Below, piece after piece: positions 31,448 to 40,754 of a stretch of 64,000 bases of DNA. Each line of letters begins with the position of its first letter. Within the stretch, counting starts at the first letter, position 1. The translations under genes were made by a program, and so were the position numbers. The stretch is from Gammaproteobacteria bacterium (GTDB lineage: Bacteria > Pseudomonadota > Gammaproteobacteria > Eutrophobiales > Eutrophobiaceae). The notes under the pieces were generated by a model. That model saw only the letters and a list, made by a program, of their open reading frames with translations, had not been told where the DNA came from and did no database searches. The stretch lies in the NCBI GenBank assembly GCA_965238225.1, contig OZ250183.1, forward strand, positions 928,001 through 992,000, read 5' to 3'.

Positions 31448-32644
31448 TTAGTGTGGCGGCAGACACGAGGGACTAATAGGATCAAAGGATTTATAGGTCA
31501 AAATAAACTCCTGATGATCGAGCGCTTCCGATTTACTCTGTTTGTAAGTAGCTATTGACATAACCTCTTCATAGATTTCATCCCTAATCTCTTCAAGACT
31601 GGCAACTCCATCAATGATACGTCCTGCATTGATATCCATATCATCTGCCATGTTTTTGTATGTCTCAGGGTTTGCGCAAATCTTGATGACTGGGGAAATA
31701 GCAGAACCCACGACAGAACCGCAACCGGTGGTAAACAAGATAACATGGCTGCCACTCGCGATGAGTTCAACAATCTCGGCGTTGTCAGAAATATTAGGAA
31801 AGCCAAAACGGGGCTCCCCATCCGGCACAACATCCATCAAGTAGAGCCCGCCTTGAGGAGGGATATCGCCAGGTTTAATCAAGCCATGGATCTGCGATGA
31901 GCCAGACTTTGCATAGGCCCCCATAGATTTTTCTTCTTGTGTGGTGAGACCACCTTCGGCATTTCCAGGAGCAAAACTGCCATAACCCATGATCTGATAA
32001 TAACGTGCCGCTTTAGATACTGATTGTTCTATTGCTTTGCCTAATTCAGGAGTTATTGCCCGCTCAACCATCACCTGCTCGCAACCAATTAATTCGCCAG
32101 TTTCTTCGAAGATACAGGTAGCACCATTTTTGACCAATTTATCGAAACATTTGCCCACAGCAGGGTTGGCAGATATTCCGCTGGTACCATCAGATCCGCC
32201 ACAAATGGTGCCAACGACCAGTTCATCCAAGTTCATATTAACTTGTTTAACATTGGCAATTTCAGATAATATTTTTTTGACAGATATAAGGCCAGCATCG
32301 ATGGTTTTTTTGGTTCCTCCAGTTTTCTGAATGATCAGAGTTTCAACCGGTCGACCGCTATCTCGGATAATTTGATGAAGAGATTCACGATCAAAACCTT
32401 CACATCCTAATGACATCAGTAACACACCGCCAACATTCGAATGAGTACAAAGTGCTTTCATGATTTTTAATGCATAGTCATTAGGAAAACAACCAGGGAA
32501 ACCGATTAAATGTACTGAAGGATCATTGCTCTGGGTAACTATTGATCGTGCGACATGATGGGCGCATTCAACCAAATATACGACGATAGTGACATTGCGA
32601 ATGCCTTTTTTATTGTCTTTTCGGAGAAAACCTTTCACATGCAT
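31448..32644 (-). CDS. UxaA/GarD-family sugar-acid dehydratase, large subunit
   Basis: GIRN, LVECAHHVA, SLGCE, CGGSD..SG..ANP, GN..GGLTT.EEKS.G, FTTG.GS. Confidence 0.9.
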   Translation of the reverse strand: MHVKGFLRKDNKKGIRNVTIVVYLVECAHHVARSIVTQSNDPSVHLIGFPGCFPNDYALKIMKALCTHSNVGGVLLMSLGCEGFDRESLHQIIRDSGRPVETLIIQKTGGTKKTIDAGLISVKKILSEIANVKQVNMNLDELVVGTICGGSDGTSGISANPAVGKCFDKLVKNGATCIFEETGELIGCEQVMVERAITPELGKAIEQSVSKAARYYQIMGYGSFAPGNAEGGLTTQEEKSMGAYAKSGSSQIHGLIKPGDIPPQGGLYLMDVVPDGEPRFGFPNISDNAEIVELIASGSHVILFTTGCGSVVGSAISPVIKICANPETYKNMADDMDINAGRIIDGVASLEEIRDEIYEEVMSIATYKQSKSEALDHQEFILTYKSFDPISPSCLPPH

Positions 32645-32663
32645 GTTCCTATTTTAAATCTTG

Positions 32664-32960
32664 CTAATTCTCCAGCAGTTTTTCGCGCGTGTGTGGGGAT
32701 ATGTAATCACTCTTCATGTTGTTAAAGTGAATATGTTCACCCGGCTGAATATCCTGCAGGGCAGAACCAATAGCGACACCGTACTTAATAACTTTATCCC
32801 CTTGTTTGATATTACGTCGAGACACCTTGTGACCAAGGTCTATTTCATTTATCAGCACTAGTTTCTCATTTTCAATGCTAATATTTTCACCCGCCTTGGA
32901 ATATTGACAACATACTAATACGTTATCGTTTGGGTGTAGCAGAATAAATTTACTTCGCAT
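32664..32960 (-). CDS. UxaA-family SAF-domain small subunit
   Basis: LLHP.DNV, GHKV, KYG..IG.A...I..GEHIH..N. Confidence 0.88.
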   Translation of the reverse strand: MRSKFILLHPNDNVLVCCQYSKAGENISIENEKLVLINEIDLGHKVSRRNIKQGDKVIKYGVAIGSALQDIQPGEHIHFNNMKSDYISPHTREKLLEN

Positions 32961-33011
32961 TCAACGACTTGTTTCTATAATTTGTTATGTTTGCCAGCCT
33001 CGATCAAAGGA

Positions 33012-33848
33012 TCAAAGACTATAAAAAGTCTGAGCATTATGACCTAGAATACGAATTTGTTCATCCACGCCTAACGACTGTATAAACCGATCCACCATAT
33101 TGTACCACGAGCGGTAATTAGAAGACATATTCACAACCGGCCAATCACTGCCCCACATTAGTCTTTTTGCTCCGAAGCTGTCCAACAGATGCTGCATATA
33201 GGGTTCTATTACCTCGTATGATGGATTATCTCCAGTTTCGGTCAAAAGACCAGACAGCTTGCAGTAAGCATTGGTGTCACTGGCAATCAAACTAATGTTA
33301 TCCGCCCAAGGTTGAAAGGAGTTGTTGAAAATTTCTGGTTTGGCACCATGATCAATGACAACCTTCAGGTTTGGATGACGACGCAATAAGGCGTGCAGAT
33401 TTTGTATGTGTTGAGGTTTTATCAGCGCATCAAATGTTAGCCCCAGATCGGTCAATTTATCGTAGATGAGTTGTAATTCAGGGAGTAGCATCCATTCTGG
33501 ATCAGCAATGTCCTGTATCATTGGGCGAATACCTAGGAAAAAAGAATGTTCCGATAATTGTTCGATATTAGATATTGCGGTCTTCTTTTCTAAGTCAACC
33601 CAACCTACAACGCCCGCTATGAAATCCGTTTCTTCAGCCAATTCTAACAGATAAAAGGTTTCTTCAAGAGTCGGTGCAGCCTGCACTAGGATAGTTTTAT
33701 TAATTCCAGCCTGCTTCAGATGAGGTAGTAAGTCGGATGGCTGAAAGTTCTTGTACAAGGTTGTCAGTTTTTCTGTCAACCAGCCGTAATCACCACGACT
33801 TATCTGCCAGAAATGTTGATGACTGTCAATACATACTGAATGCGGCAC
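33012..33848 (-). CDS. Amidohydrolase (L-fuconolactonase-like)
   Basis: IDSHQHFW, LVQAA, GVVGWVD, IDHGAKP, CKLSGL, MWGSDWPV. Confidence 0.88.
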   Translation of the reverse strand: MPHSVCIDSHQHFWQISRGDYGWLTEKLTTLYKNFQPSDLLPHLKQAGINKTILVQAAPTLEETFYLLELAEETDFIAGVVGWVDLEKKTAISNIEQLSEHSFFLGIRPMIQDIADPEWMLLPELQLIYDKLTDLGLTFDALIKPQHIQNLHALLRRHPNLKVVIDHGAKPEIFNNSFQPWADNISLIASDTNAYCKLSGLLTETGDNPSYEVIEPYMQHLLDSFGAKRLMWGSDWPVVNMSSNYRSWYNMVDRFIQSLGVDEQIRILGHNAQTFYSL

Positions 33849-33852
33849 CCAC

Positions 33853-34890
33853 TCAATCTCCTTCTACCGGCACAGGCGCGGACGGATGCAATAACTCACC
33901 GTCCTTGAGTGCCTGCCAAAATTCTGCTGGGATGGAGTATGTGAATAATTCCAGTGTTTGTTTAACCCTTTGGGGTTTACCCATGCCGACAGTCACGTTG
34001 ACGACGCTGGGATGGGCGAGAGGAAATTGTAATGCCGCTGCGGCTAAAGGAATCTGATAGCTGTCACAGATTAATTCGATTTGACGGATGCGGTCAATAA
34101 TCTCTGCCGAAGCTGGCTCATAATCGTAGTGAAGAGGTTTTTCGGATTTGCTGCCTAGAGCAAGAATTCCAGAATTATAGACACCGCCTGCAATGACAGA
34201 GGATTTTCGAGATTCGCATTTAGGCAGGAAAGTATCAAGCGCTTTTTGTTCAAGCAAGGTATATCGTCCAGCCAATAAGAAACAATCAAAATCCCCGTAT
34301 TCCATTGCCTCTTCACAAACCTCATACTCGTTCACACCAAGACCAAAAGCACGTATTTGACCAGAAGAACGTAATTCATCTAATGCTTTATACCCGCTGT
34401 TCATGGCTATCTTAAACAGATTCGCGTGATCTTTACCATGGGTTAGCTTGCCAATATCGTGCATGTAAATGATATCGATACGACTTAACCCAAGACGTTG
34501 CAGGCTGTCTTCAAAAGAGCGCATAATACCGTCATAACTATAGTCATATACTGCCTCAAAAGGCATAGCGGAATAATAAGCACACCGGCCAATATTTTCA
34601 TCGACTGGTGCACAGGGCGCTAACATGCGTCCAACCTTGGTGGACAGGATAAAGCTCTTTCGATCTTGCTGTCGCAATACATCGCCAACCCTTCTCTCGC
34701 TAAGACCGAAGCCATAGTAGGGAGCTGTATCTATGTAGCTCAGACCACTATCAAGCGCGCAACGCACTGTTTCCCTAGCATCTTCATCGCTTACTGGATG
34801 ATACAGGTTACCCAAAGTGGCGCAGCCGAGTCCCAGCGTTACAATGTCAAGATCGGTACTGCCAATTTTTCGAGTGCTCAGGTTCTGCAT
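33853..34890 (-). CDS. Aldo/keto reductase (D-threo-aldose 1-dehydrogenase / L-fucose dehydrogenase-like)
   Basis: GNLY, DTAPYYGFGLSE, STKVGR, DYSYDG..RS..DSLQRLG, LLAGRYTLLEQ. Confidence 0.88.
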   Translation of the reverse strand: MQNLSTRKIGSTDLDIVTLGLGCATLGNLYHPVSDEDARETVRCALDSGLSYIDTAPYYGFGLSERRVGDVLRQQDRKSFILSTKVGRMLAPCAPVDENIGRCAYYSAMPFEAVYDYSYDGIMRSFEDSLQRLGLSRIDIIYMHDIGKLTHGKDHANLFKIAMNSGYKALDELRSSGQIRAFGLGVNEYEVCEEAMEYGDFDCFLLAGRYTLLEQKALDTFLPKCESRKSSVIAGGVYNSGILALGSKSEKPLHYDYEPASAEIIDRIRQIELICDSYQIPLAAAALQFPLAHPSVVNVTVGMGKPQRVKQTLELFTYSIPAEFWQALKDGELLHPSAPVPVEGD

Positions 34891-34942
34891 AGTAAAATTT
34901 ATGTTGTATATGTGAAATCATGTAATAATATCAGAGGGCTGT

Positions 34943-34968
34943 CAATCAGCAAACGCAATCAGCAAACG
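34943..34968. repeat. Perfect 13-bp tandem duplication
   Basis: caatcagcaaacg x2. Confidence 0.8.
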
Positions 34969-35024
34969 TAAAGATGATAGCTGTTTTTTTTACTGTTTTA
35001 ACCGTTCAATTTAATTGTTAGATT

Positions 35025-35370
35025 TTATTGGTGTTTGCTGAAGCGTCTCGACAAATTAGAATGTTCGAGGAACATTTAAGCAACTGGAAAGCATTTAGAT
35101 TGTCTAAAGCAAAAATAAGCACTATTATCAAAGGAGTTCGTAAATAGGGATTTGAAAAAATTAAAAGCCTGCAAGTACAAGGCGTTATTGGTATCGGTTG
35201 TCCCGTCTTTAATTTTTTTCGGTGAGATTATTGCAGCATTAGTGACCCCTTTTCCTGAACATTTGGATGGTTCTCAATAGTGTTAATTTTGCTGCAGCCA
35301 AGGAAAATACTCGGTAAAGTCGCGCAATCAATTCCTGTAGAACTCGGATATACACAACCAGATAAACTGA
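35025..35370 (+). pseudogene. IclR-family regulator remnant (C-terminal effector domain only)
   Basis: LVFAEASRQIRMFEE ... KGVRK*GFEKIKSLQVQGVIGIGCPVFNFFGEIIAALVTPF..HLDGSQ*. Internal stops; no HTH region found. Confidence 0.65.
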
Positions 35371-35398
35371 TGTATTTATTTTTAAAGATGCAAAAAGA

Positions 35399-35836
35399 AT
35401 GTTAAAAAATGTCGATCCGATATTAGGACCTGACTTGCTTCAAGTATTGCGGGCAATGGGTCATGGGGATGAAATTGCCATTGTTGATGCTAATCATCCT
35501 GCTGAAACACGGGCAAAACGATTAATCAGAATGGATGGTCTCACCGCGACAAGAACGCTGGAAGCAATATTATCACTGTTACCATTGGATACTTTTGCAG
35601 AAACACCGGTACATACCATGCAGGCAGTAGATGCGCCAGATGAGATACCTGAAATTGTTACTGATTTTCAAGACATTGTTGCAAAGCGATCAGATGCAAC
35701 AATCAAATTTGGTGCGTTAGAGCGATTTGTTTTTTATGATCGTGTTTCTGCAGCATTTGCAGTTATAGCAACTGGCGAGCAACGTTTATATGGCAATATC
35801 ATCCTGAAAAAGGGCATTATTGAGCCTGATAAGTGA
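35399..35836 (+). CDS. fucU: RbsD/FucU-family sugar mutarotase
   Basis: MLK..DP.L.PDLL..L..MGHGDEI..VDAN, ERF.FY, TGE.RLYGN.ILKKG. Confidence 0.88.
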   Translation: MLKNVDPILGPDLLQVLRAMGHGDEIAIVDANHPAETRAKRLIRMDGLTATRTLEAILSLLPLDTFAETPVHTMQAVDAPDEIPEIVTDFQDIVAKRSDATIKFGALERFVFYDRVSAAFAVIATGEQRLYGNIILKKGIIEPDK

Positions 35837-35916
35837 TTTGTAACTACTATTTAGACAAGGTAAGCAGTCTAGTTAACTTACATACCATTTAAAGTAGTGA
35901 AATAGGAATACAGTTT

Positions 35917-37053
35917 ATGACAAAGTTTAATGGTCTTGGTATGACACTGGGGAACCTGTCCCGTTTATCATCTGCGAAATCACGTTCTATCTCACCTGAA
36001 AATTTTACTGGTGAATCTGGAAAAGGCGGGATGGCGACCGAGGGGACTGGAGCTTCAGCAGCAAGGGAGCTTGGTCAGGGCTGGAAAATATCACCATCGG
36101 TTGAACTTGCGCCTGGTGTTGATTTTACTTTAGCCGATATTCAGACAGGTGGCGCAATTCAGCAGATATGGATTACATCAATGGGGACTAAAAAACGTGA
36201 CCTCATTTTGCGCATGTACTGGGATGATCAAAAACAGCCATCAGTGGAAGTACCGATTGGAGATTTTTTTTGTTGTGGATTGGAACATTACGCCCACGTG
36301 TCCTCATTACCTGTGTGTGTCAATCCAGGTTTGGCATTTAGCTGTTTCTGGGAAATGCCTTATCGGAGTAACGCTAGAATCACCTTAGAAAACCGAGATC
36401 CAAGCCAATCTGCGACGGTGTATTACCAGATCAATTATACAGAAACAGAGGTGCCAAAAGACTGCGCCTATTTCCACGCACAGTTTCGTCGTACTAATCC
36501 AGTACCTTACAAGGGATTACATGTGCTGCTTGATGGTGTGCAGGGCAGGGGGCACTATGTAGGCACCTATATGGTTTGGGGGGTTCATAATTCTGGTTGG
36601 TGGGGCGAAGGTGAGATTAAGTTCTTCATTGACGACGACACGGATTTCCCAACGATCTGCGGCACGGGAACCGAGGATTATTTTCTAGGTTCGCATAATT
36701 TTGATGTTGGCACTGCAAAAGCAGAAAATGGGTATCCGAACGCCTATTCAGAATACTCGACAGCTTATGCGGGCGTCCCAGAAATACGGCGCCCGGATGG
36801 TGTTTATCAGTCTCAACTACGCTTTGGAATGTATCGTTGGCATATTCCAGATCCCATTCGCTTTGCGAAAAAACTCGACGTAACTATCCAAGCTCTGGGT
36901 TGGCGAGACTTCTGCAACTGGGGCGGGGACATCAAACAGCGGCGGTATCTACCCTTGCAGGACGATCTCTCATCTGTAGTTTTCTGGTATCAGACCTTGC
37001 CGACCGCTATTTTTCCTGAATTACCTGACCGAGATACTCTGGAACTGAACTAA
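35917..37053 (+). CDS. DUF2961 / glycoside hydrolase family 172 protein
   Basis: SRSISPENFTGE.G.GG, GAIQQIWIT, PSVEVPIGDFF, WWGEGEIKFFIDDD, GTGTEDYF, YRWHIPDPIRF. Confidence 0.9.
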   Translation: MTKFNGLGMTLGNLSRLSSAKSRSISPENFTGESGKGGMATEGTGASAARELGQGWKISPSVELAPGVDFTLADIQTGGAIQQIWITSMGTKKRDLILRMYWDDQKQPSVEVPIGDFFCCGLEHYAHVSSLPVCVNPGLAFSCFWEMPYRSNARITLENRDPSQSATVYYQINYTETEVPKDCAYFHAQFRRTNPVPYKGLHVLLDGVQGRGHYVGTYMVWGVHNSGWWGEGEIKFFIDDDTDFPTICGTGTEDYFLGSHNFDVGTAKAENGYPNAYSEYSTAYAGVPEIRRPDGVYQSQLRFGMYRWHIPDPIRFAKKLDVTIQALGWRDFCNWGGDIKQRRYLPLQDDLSSVVFWYQTLPTAIFPELPDRDTLELN

Positions 37054-37059
37054 ATCTGG

Positions 37060-37490
37060 ATTCAGTTCTCGCTGCCAAAGATCAATGCGCGGTCTCACAA
37101 ACCACCACATGCATGTCAAGCTGCTTCCTTAGAGTATCAAATACTGATTGGCGTATTTGTAACCTGCCAAGGATCGTGTGGTCATTCCTTAGTTTTCGAG
37201 CGCCAGTCCTTCAGGCAAACCTAAAGCGCGAGATTCTTGCAGTTGATCCAGAACGCACTAAGCGCATAACCTAGAGTTAATAGACAGATTTGCGTTCTGT
37301 CCTGCACAAACGCAGGGGCATAGTCATCGACAATTTTAATACCCGAAAGCGTTGCCTATCTGCCAACCGGTCAGATATAAAATTCAGGGACTATAACGTT
37401 CATTGGACTTGCCCAATACCGACCAGAATATGCAACCGAATCGGTCTTTTTTATTTCTTCGCGTGCACTTACATCCCAAACTTATAGGGG
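37060..37490 (-). pseudogene. Probable highly degraded GntR/FCD-family regulator
   Basis: Minus-strand fragments GIG/ASPM, FISDRLADRQRFRVLKLS and LQESRALGLPEGLALEN resemble the GntR HTH-to-FCD junction. Multiple frameshifts. Confidence 0.35.
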
Positions 37491-37508
37491 CAAGATCACA
37501 TACATTTA

Positions 37509-37539
37509 TGTATATACAACAATGATGTTGCATACACAA
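37509..37539. promoter_or_regulatory. Candidate GntR-type operator: palindrome plus a degenerate second copy
   Basis: Perfect palindrome TGTATATACA (37509-37518) and ttgcatacacaa (37528-37539), upstream of the TBDR gene. Confidence 0.4.
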
Positions 37540-37608
37540 TATTGCTATGGTACTCTGGCGTAGCGTTCGATGCTAATAGTGATTACTGTAATTCGTTAGC
37601 TATCCTTA

Positions 37609-37634
37609 GTTAATAGTGTTTGTTAATAGTGTTT
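37609..37634. repeat. Perfect 13-bp tandem duplication upstream of the TBDR gene
   Basis: gttaatagtgttt x2. Confidence 0.8.
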
Positions 37635-37691
37635 AGGATACAGCTTTTATTTTGTTATCTTATAAATTAATGTATTGGGGGATTTAGTCCA

Positions 37692-40559
37692 ATGATGAAA
37701 CTTCAGTTAGAAAAACCGTTATTTGCAGTTCTTGTCACGCTACTTATAGGCACCGCGCCTGTATTTGCGCAAGAAGAGCCTTCGAAAGAAAAGGCACAGG
37801 AAGAAGAAGTAGTAGTAAGGGGCATTAGGCAATCGGTAGAAGAATCTCTTAATATCAAACAGGATGCGACAAATTTTGTTGATGCTATTAGCTCAGAAGA
37901 CATTGGCAAATTACCGGATCAAAACGTCGCAGAAGCTCTACAGCGTGTAGCTGGTGTTGCGATTCAGCGTAGCCGAGGTGAAGGTGATTTTATTTCAATA
38001 CGCGGATTAGGTCCAGATTTTGTCCGCGGTACCGTAAATGGCCATTCCCTTTTAAGTGCTACAGAAGCGGTTGACCCGATTTTCAATGGTAATTTTATAA
38101 CCAGCACTGGTCGTGCAACCAATTTCGATATTCTCCCATCCGAAATTGTTAAGACCTTGGAGGTTTTCAAATCATCATCGGCTAAGCATGTTGAAGGTGC
38201 TATTGGCGGCAGCGTCAATGTAGTAACGCTTGATCGTTTGGCTTCAGACGACACTTATGTTGCCTCTACGACCGGATCATACCGACGTTTTAACGAAGAG
38301 TTCGATCCATCCGTTGCTGGTGTAGGCAGCTGGACAAACGAAGCCGGTGACCTGAGCGGGCTGTTATCAATTTCCCATAATACACGTAATATTCGGGAAG
38401 ATTTCTCTCGTATGTTTGGTTGGTTTCCTTCTTTTGGTATAGTAGATACTATGTTGGATACCGACAATGATGGTGTCGCTGATACTGCGCCTTCAGCAGT
38501 ACCATTTCCCTTGTCCAATAATGCCGAGGTCTATGATGAAGATAGGCAGCGCAATACCCTAGTAGGTACCATTACATGGCAACAGTCCGACAATACAGAT
38601 ATCGTTCTTGATATGCTTTACAGTAAGCGCAATGTGGATGAATCGCATTCTAACCTGATTTTTCTACCTATCATCCGACATGGACCTGCTGCGGATAATG
38701 GTAATGATCTGGCATCAAGCACGGTTAATACCGATGGCAGTATCCAAGTCAGGGATCTTCTAACCAATGGTGCTTTTTCTACGCTTCCTACCACTCTCCG
38801 ACCGGAATTGACTACTGATCTGCAGGATTATGAGGATTCATTGCTGTCTTTTTCTATTAACATGGCTAAGCGTATCGATGTTTGGACACTTACGGCGGAT
38901 GCAAGTTACTCGAAGGCGGAAGGCAAAAATAGATTTGATAGAGTCAGGATCGATGGCGATAACGGTACGTTCGCATTCAATACCACCATTGGCGATGATG
39001 GGTTTGACATTACACAGACAAACCAAAATGGCACTGCCAGCAATCTGGGAAATCCTGGGAATTTTGTGATATCCGTTTTCGATGATCGTTCTGCTACCAA
39101 CGAAGATGAGGAAGTTGCCTTACAATTTGATATAGAGAGGGCAATAAATAGTGATGTTTTCTCATCTCTCAGTTTTGGCGGGCGCTATAGAACCCGTGAA
39201 AAAAATGTTGAGCGTGCCACCAACGGTAACGGTATTTCCGTTACAGGTGCCGATATTACATTGGCATCTGCTGGTAGTTACTTGACGGGCGCAGATAATT
39301 TTCTAGATGGTACTTGGAACGGCACTATTGACTATTCCAGCTTGGTCTTTCCGGGCAACGCAGCGGCAAGGGCTGCGCTAGCAAGTTATATGGCGACCAA
39401 TAATTTATCGACGGCGCTTAGCGCGGATCCCTTCGGCACCTTCAGCATAACAGAGGACACCTTAGCGGCTTATGTGCAGATTGATCTAGATGGCGCAATT
39501 GGCAGTGTAAATTATGTTGGTGATATTGGTTTTCGAGTAGTATTAACAGATACTATTATTGGAGGCAATGATGCGGAGTTCCGTATTACGGATACTGGCG
39601 GAACGGATACGACTGTTTTTGATACTTTAACCACAGGTGAGGCCACGCCTATTGAGTTCGAAGAATCGTATACAAATGTGCTGCCGAGCATGAATTTTCG
39701 TTTCGAGTTAATAGAGGAGTTATTCCTTCGCGTCTCTGCGTCGAGAACTTTAACACGACCGACATTTAATAACCTAGCGCCAGCTTTTCAAATCAATGCG
39801 AATTCATCTACCAATTTGAATGGAGATAACTATGCGGTTTCTTTGTCAGCAGGTAACCCAGATTTGAGACCATATGATTCCGAGAATTATGACATTGGTA
39901 TCGAGTGGTATTTTGCAGAAAGTAGTGCGGCGTATCTCGGTCTGTTCCACAAAGAGATAGATAATTTTATTGCTGTGACTACCAGCAATGATGTCTCAAC
40001 ATTGGCAGGCAAATCAATACGGGCGATTGGTGTAGAACAGGACGGTACGTCTGCGCCAATTAATATTGACCAGGTGAGCCAGCCGAGTAACCAAGGTAAA
40101 GCCGATATTACTGGTCTTGAAATGGGTTATCAGCAAGCATTTGACAATGGCTTTGGGTTTATCGGAAACATAACCTTGGCCGAGAGTTCAGCTAAACTTA
40201 TTACAACAAATGATGATATTCGTTTTCCTGGTGTGTCTGATATGAGCTATAACCTAACTGGATATTTTGAAAGAGGTCCATTTTCCTCACGCGTTTCTTG
40301 GAGTTATCGTGGTGAATATTTAATTGTCCCTGATGCTATCGGTTTTGGAGGTCAAATATTTCAAGATGGTTATGGTCAGCTTGACGCAACAACAAGCTAC
40401 CAGCTATCAGACAGCCTGACTTTATTTGCAAATGCTGTCAATCTAACTGATGAAACTGCGAAACAATATCAGGTCTTGCCGAATGGGATTGGCTCAAGAT
40501 TCCACTCAAATGCAATAGTCGGTCCACGTTTCGCAATTGGGATCAGAGCTTATTACTAA
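37692..40559 (+). CDS. TonB-dependent receptor (carbohydrate-uptake type)
   Basis: Signal peptide, TonB box EEVVVRGIR, plug DAISSEDIGKLPDQNVAEALQRVAGV..GEG..ISIRGL, GNPDL.P, NLTDE, C-terminal aromatic residue. Confidence 0.95.
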   Translation: MMKLQLEKPLFAVLVTLLIGTAPVFAQEEPSKEKAQEEEVVVRGIRQSVEESLNIKQDATNFVDAISSEDIGKLPDQNVAEALQRVAGVAIQRSRGEGDFISIRGLGPDFVRGTVNGHSLLSATEAVDPIFNGNFITSTGRATNFDILPSEIVKTLEVFKSSSAKHVEGAIGGSVNVVTLDRLASDDTYVASTTGSYRRFNEEFDPSVAGVGSWTNEAGDLSGLLSISHNTRNIREDFSRMFGWFPSFGIVDTMLDTDNDGVADTAPSAVPFPLSNNAEVYDEDRQRNTLVGTITWQQSDNTDIVLDMLYSKRNVDESHSNLIFLPIIRHGPAADNGNDLASSTVNTDGSIQVRDLLTNGAFSTLPTTLRPELTTDLQDYEDSLLSFSINMAKRIDVWTLTADASYSKAEGKNRFDRVRIDGDNGTFAFNTTIGDDGFDITQTNQNGTASNLGNPGNFVISVFDDRSATNEDEEVALQFDIERAINSDVFSSLSFGGRYRTREKNVERATNGNGISVTGADITLASAGSYLTGADNFLDGTWNGTIDYSSLVFPGNAAARAALASYMATNNLSTALSADPFGTFSITEDTLAAYVQIDLDGAIGSVNYVGDIGFRVVLTDTIIGGNDAEFRITDTGGTDTTVFDTLTTGEATPIEFEESYTNVLPSMNFRFELIEELFLRVSASRTLTRPTFNNLAPAFQINANSSTNLNGDNYAVSLSAGNPDLRPYDSENYDIGIEWYFAESSAAYLGLFHKEIDNFIAVTTSNDVSTLAGKSIRAIGVEQDGTSAPINIDQVSQPSNQGKADITGLEMGYQQAFDNGFGFIGNITLAESSAKLITTNDDIRFPGVSDMSYNLTGYFERGPFSSRVSWSYRGEYLIVPDAIGFGGQIFQDGYGQLDATTSYQLSDSLTLFANAVNLTDETAKQYQVLPNGIGSRFHSNAIVGPRFAIGIRAYY

Positions 40560-40608
40560 AAAAGCTCGGCCTATTGTTTCTCCCGCGTTAGGAAGCTAAA
40601 AGACAAGC

Positions 40609-40645
40609 GCGCTTTTTTGCCCCCGCCCATATCACAAAAAAGCGC
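40609..40645 (+). terminator. Stem-loop after the TBDR gene (terminator or stabilising hairpin)
   Basis: gcgcttttttg ... caaaaaagcgc, 11-bp stem with a 15-nt loop. No classic U tract follows. Confidence 0.4.
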
Positions 40646-40754
40646 TGTGTCTCTCTTCATGCCTGCCGTGTGCCCCGTGTGCGTGTAGTCGTGTTCTTCG
40701 GTATGAGTTACGCATTAATAGTCTTCATTAATTTCCCTGATATTGGTATTCGTT

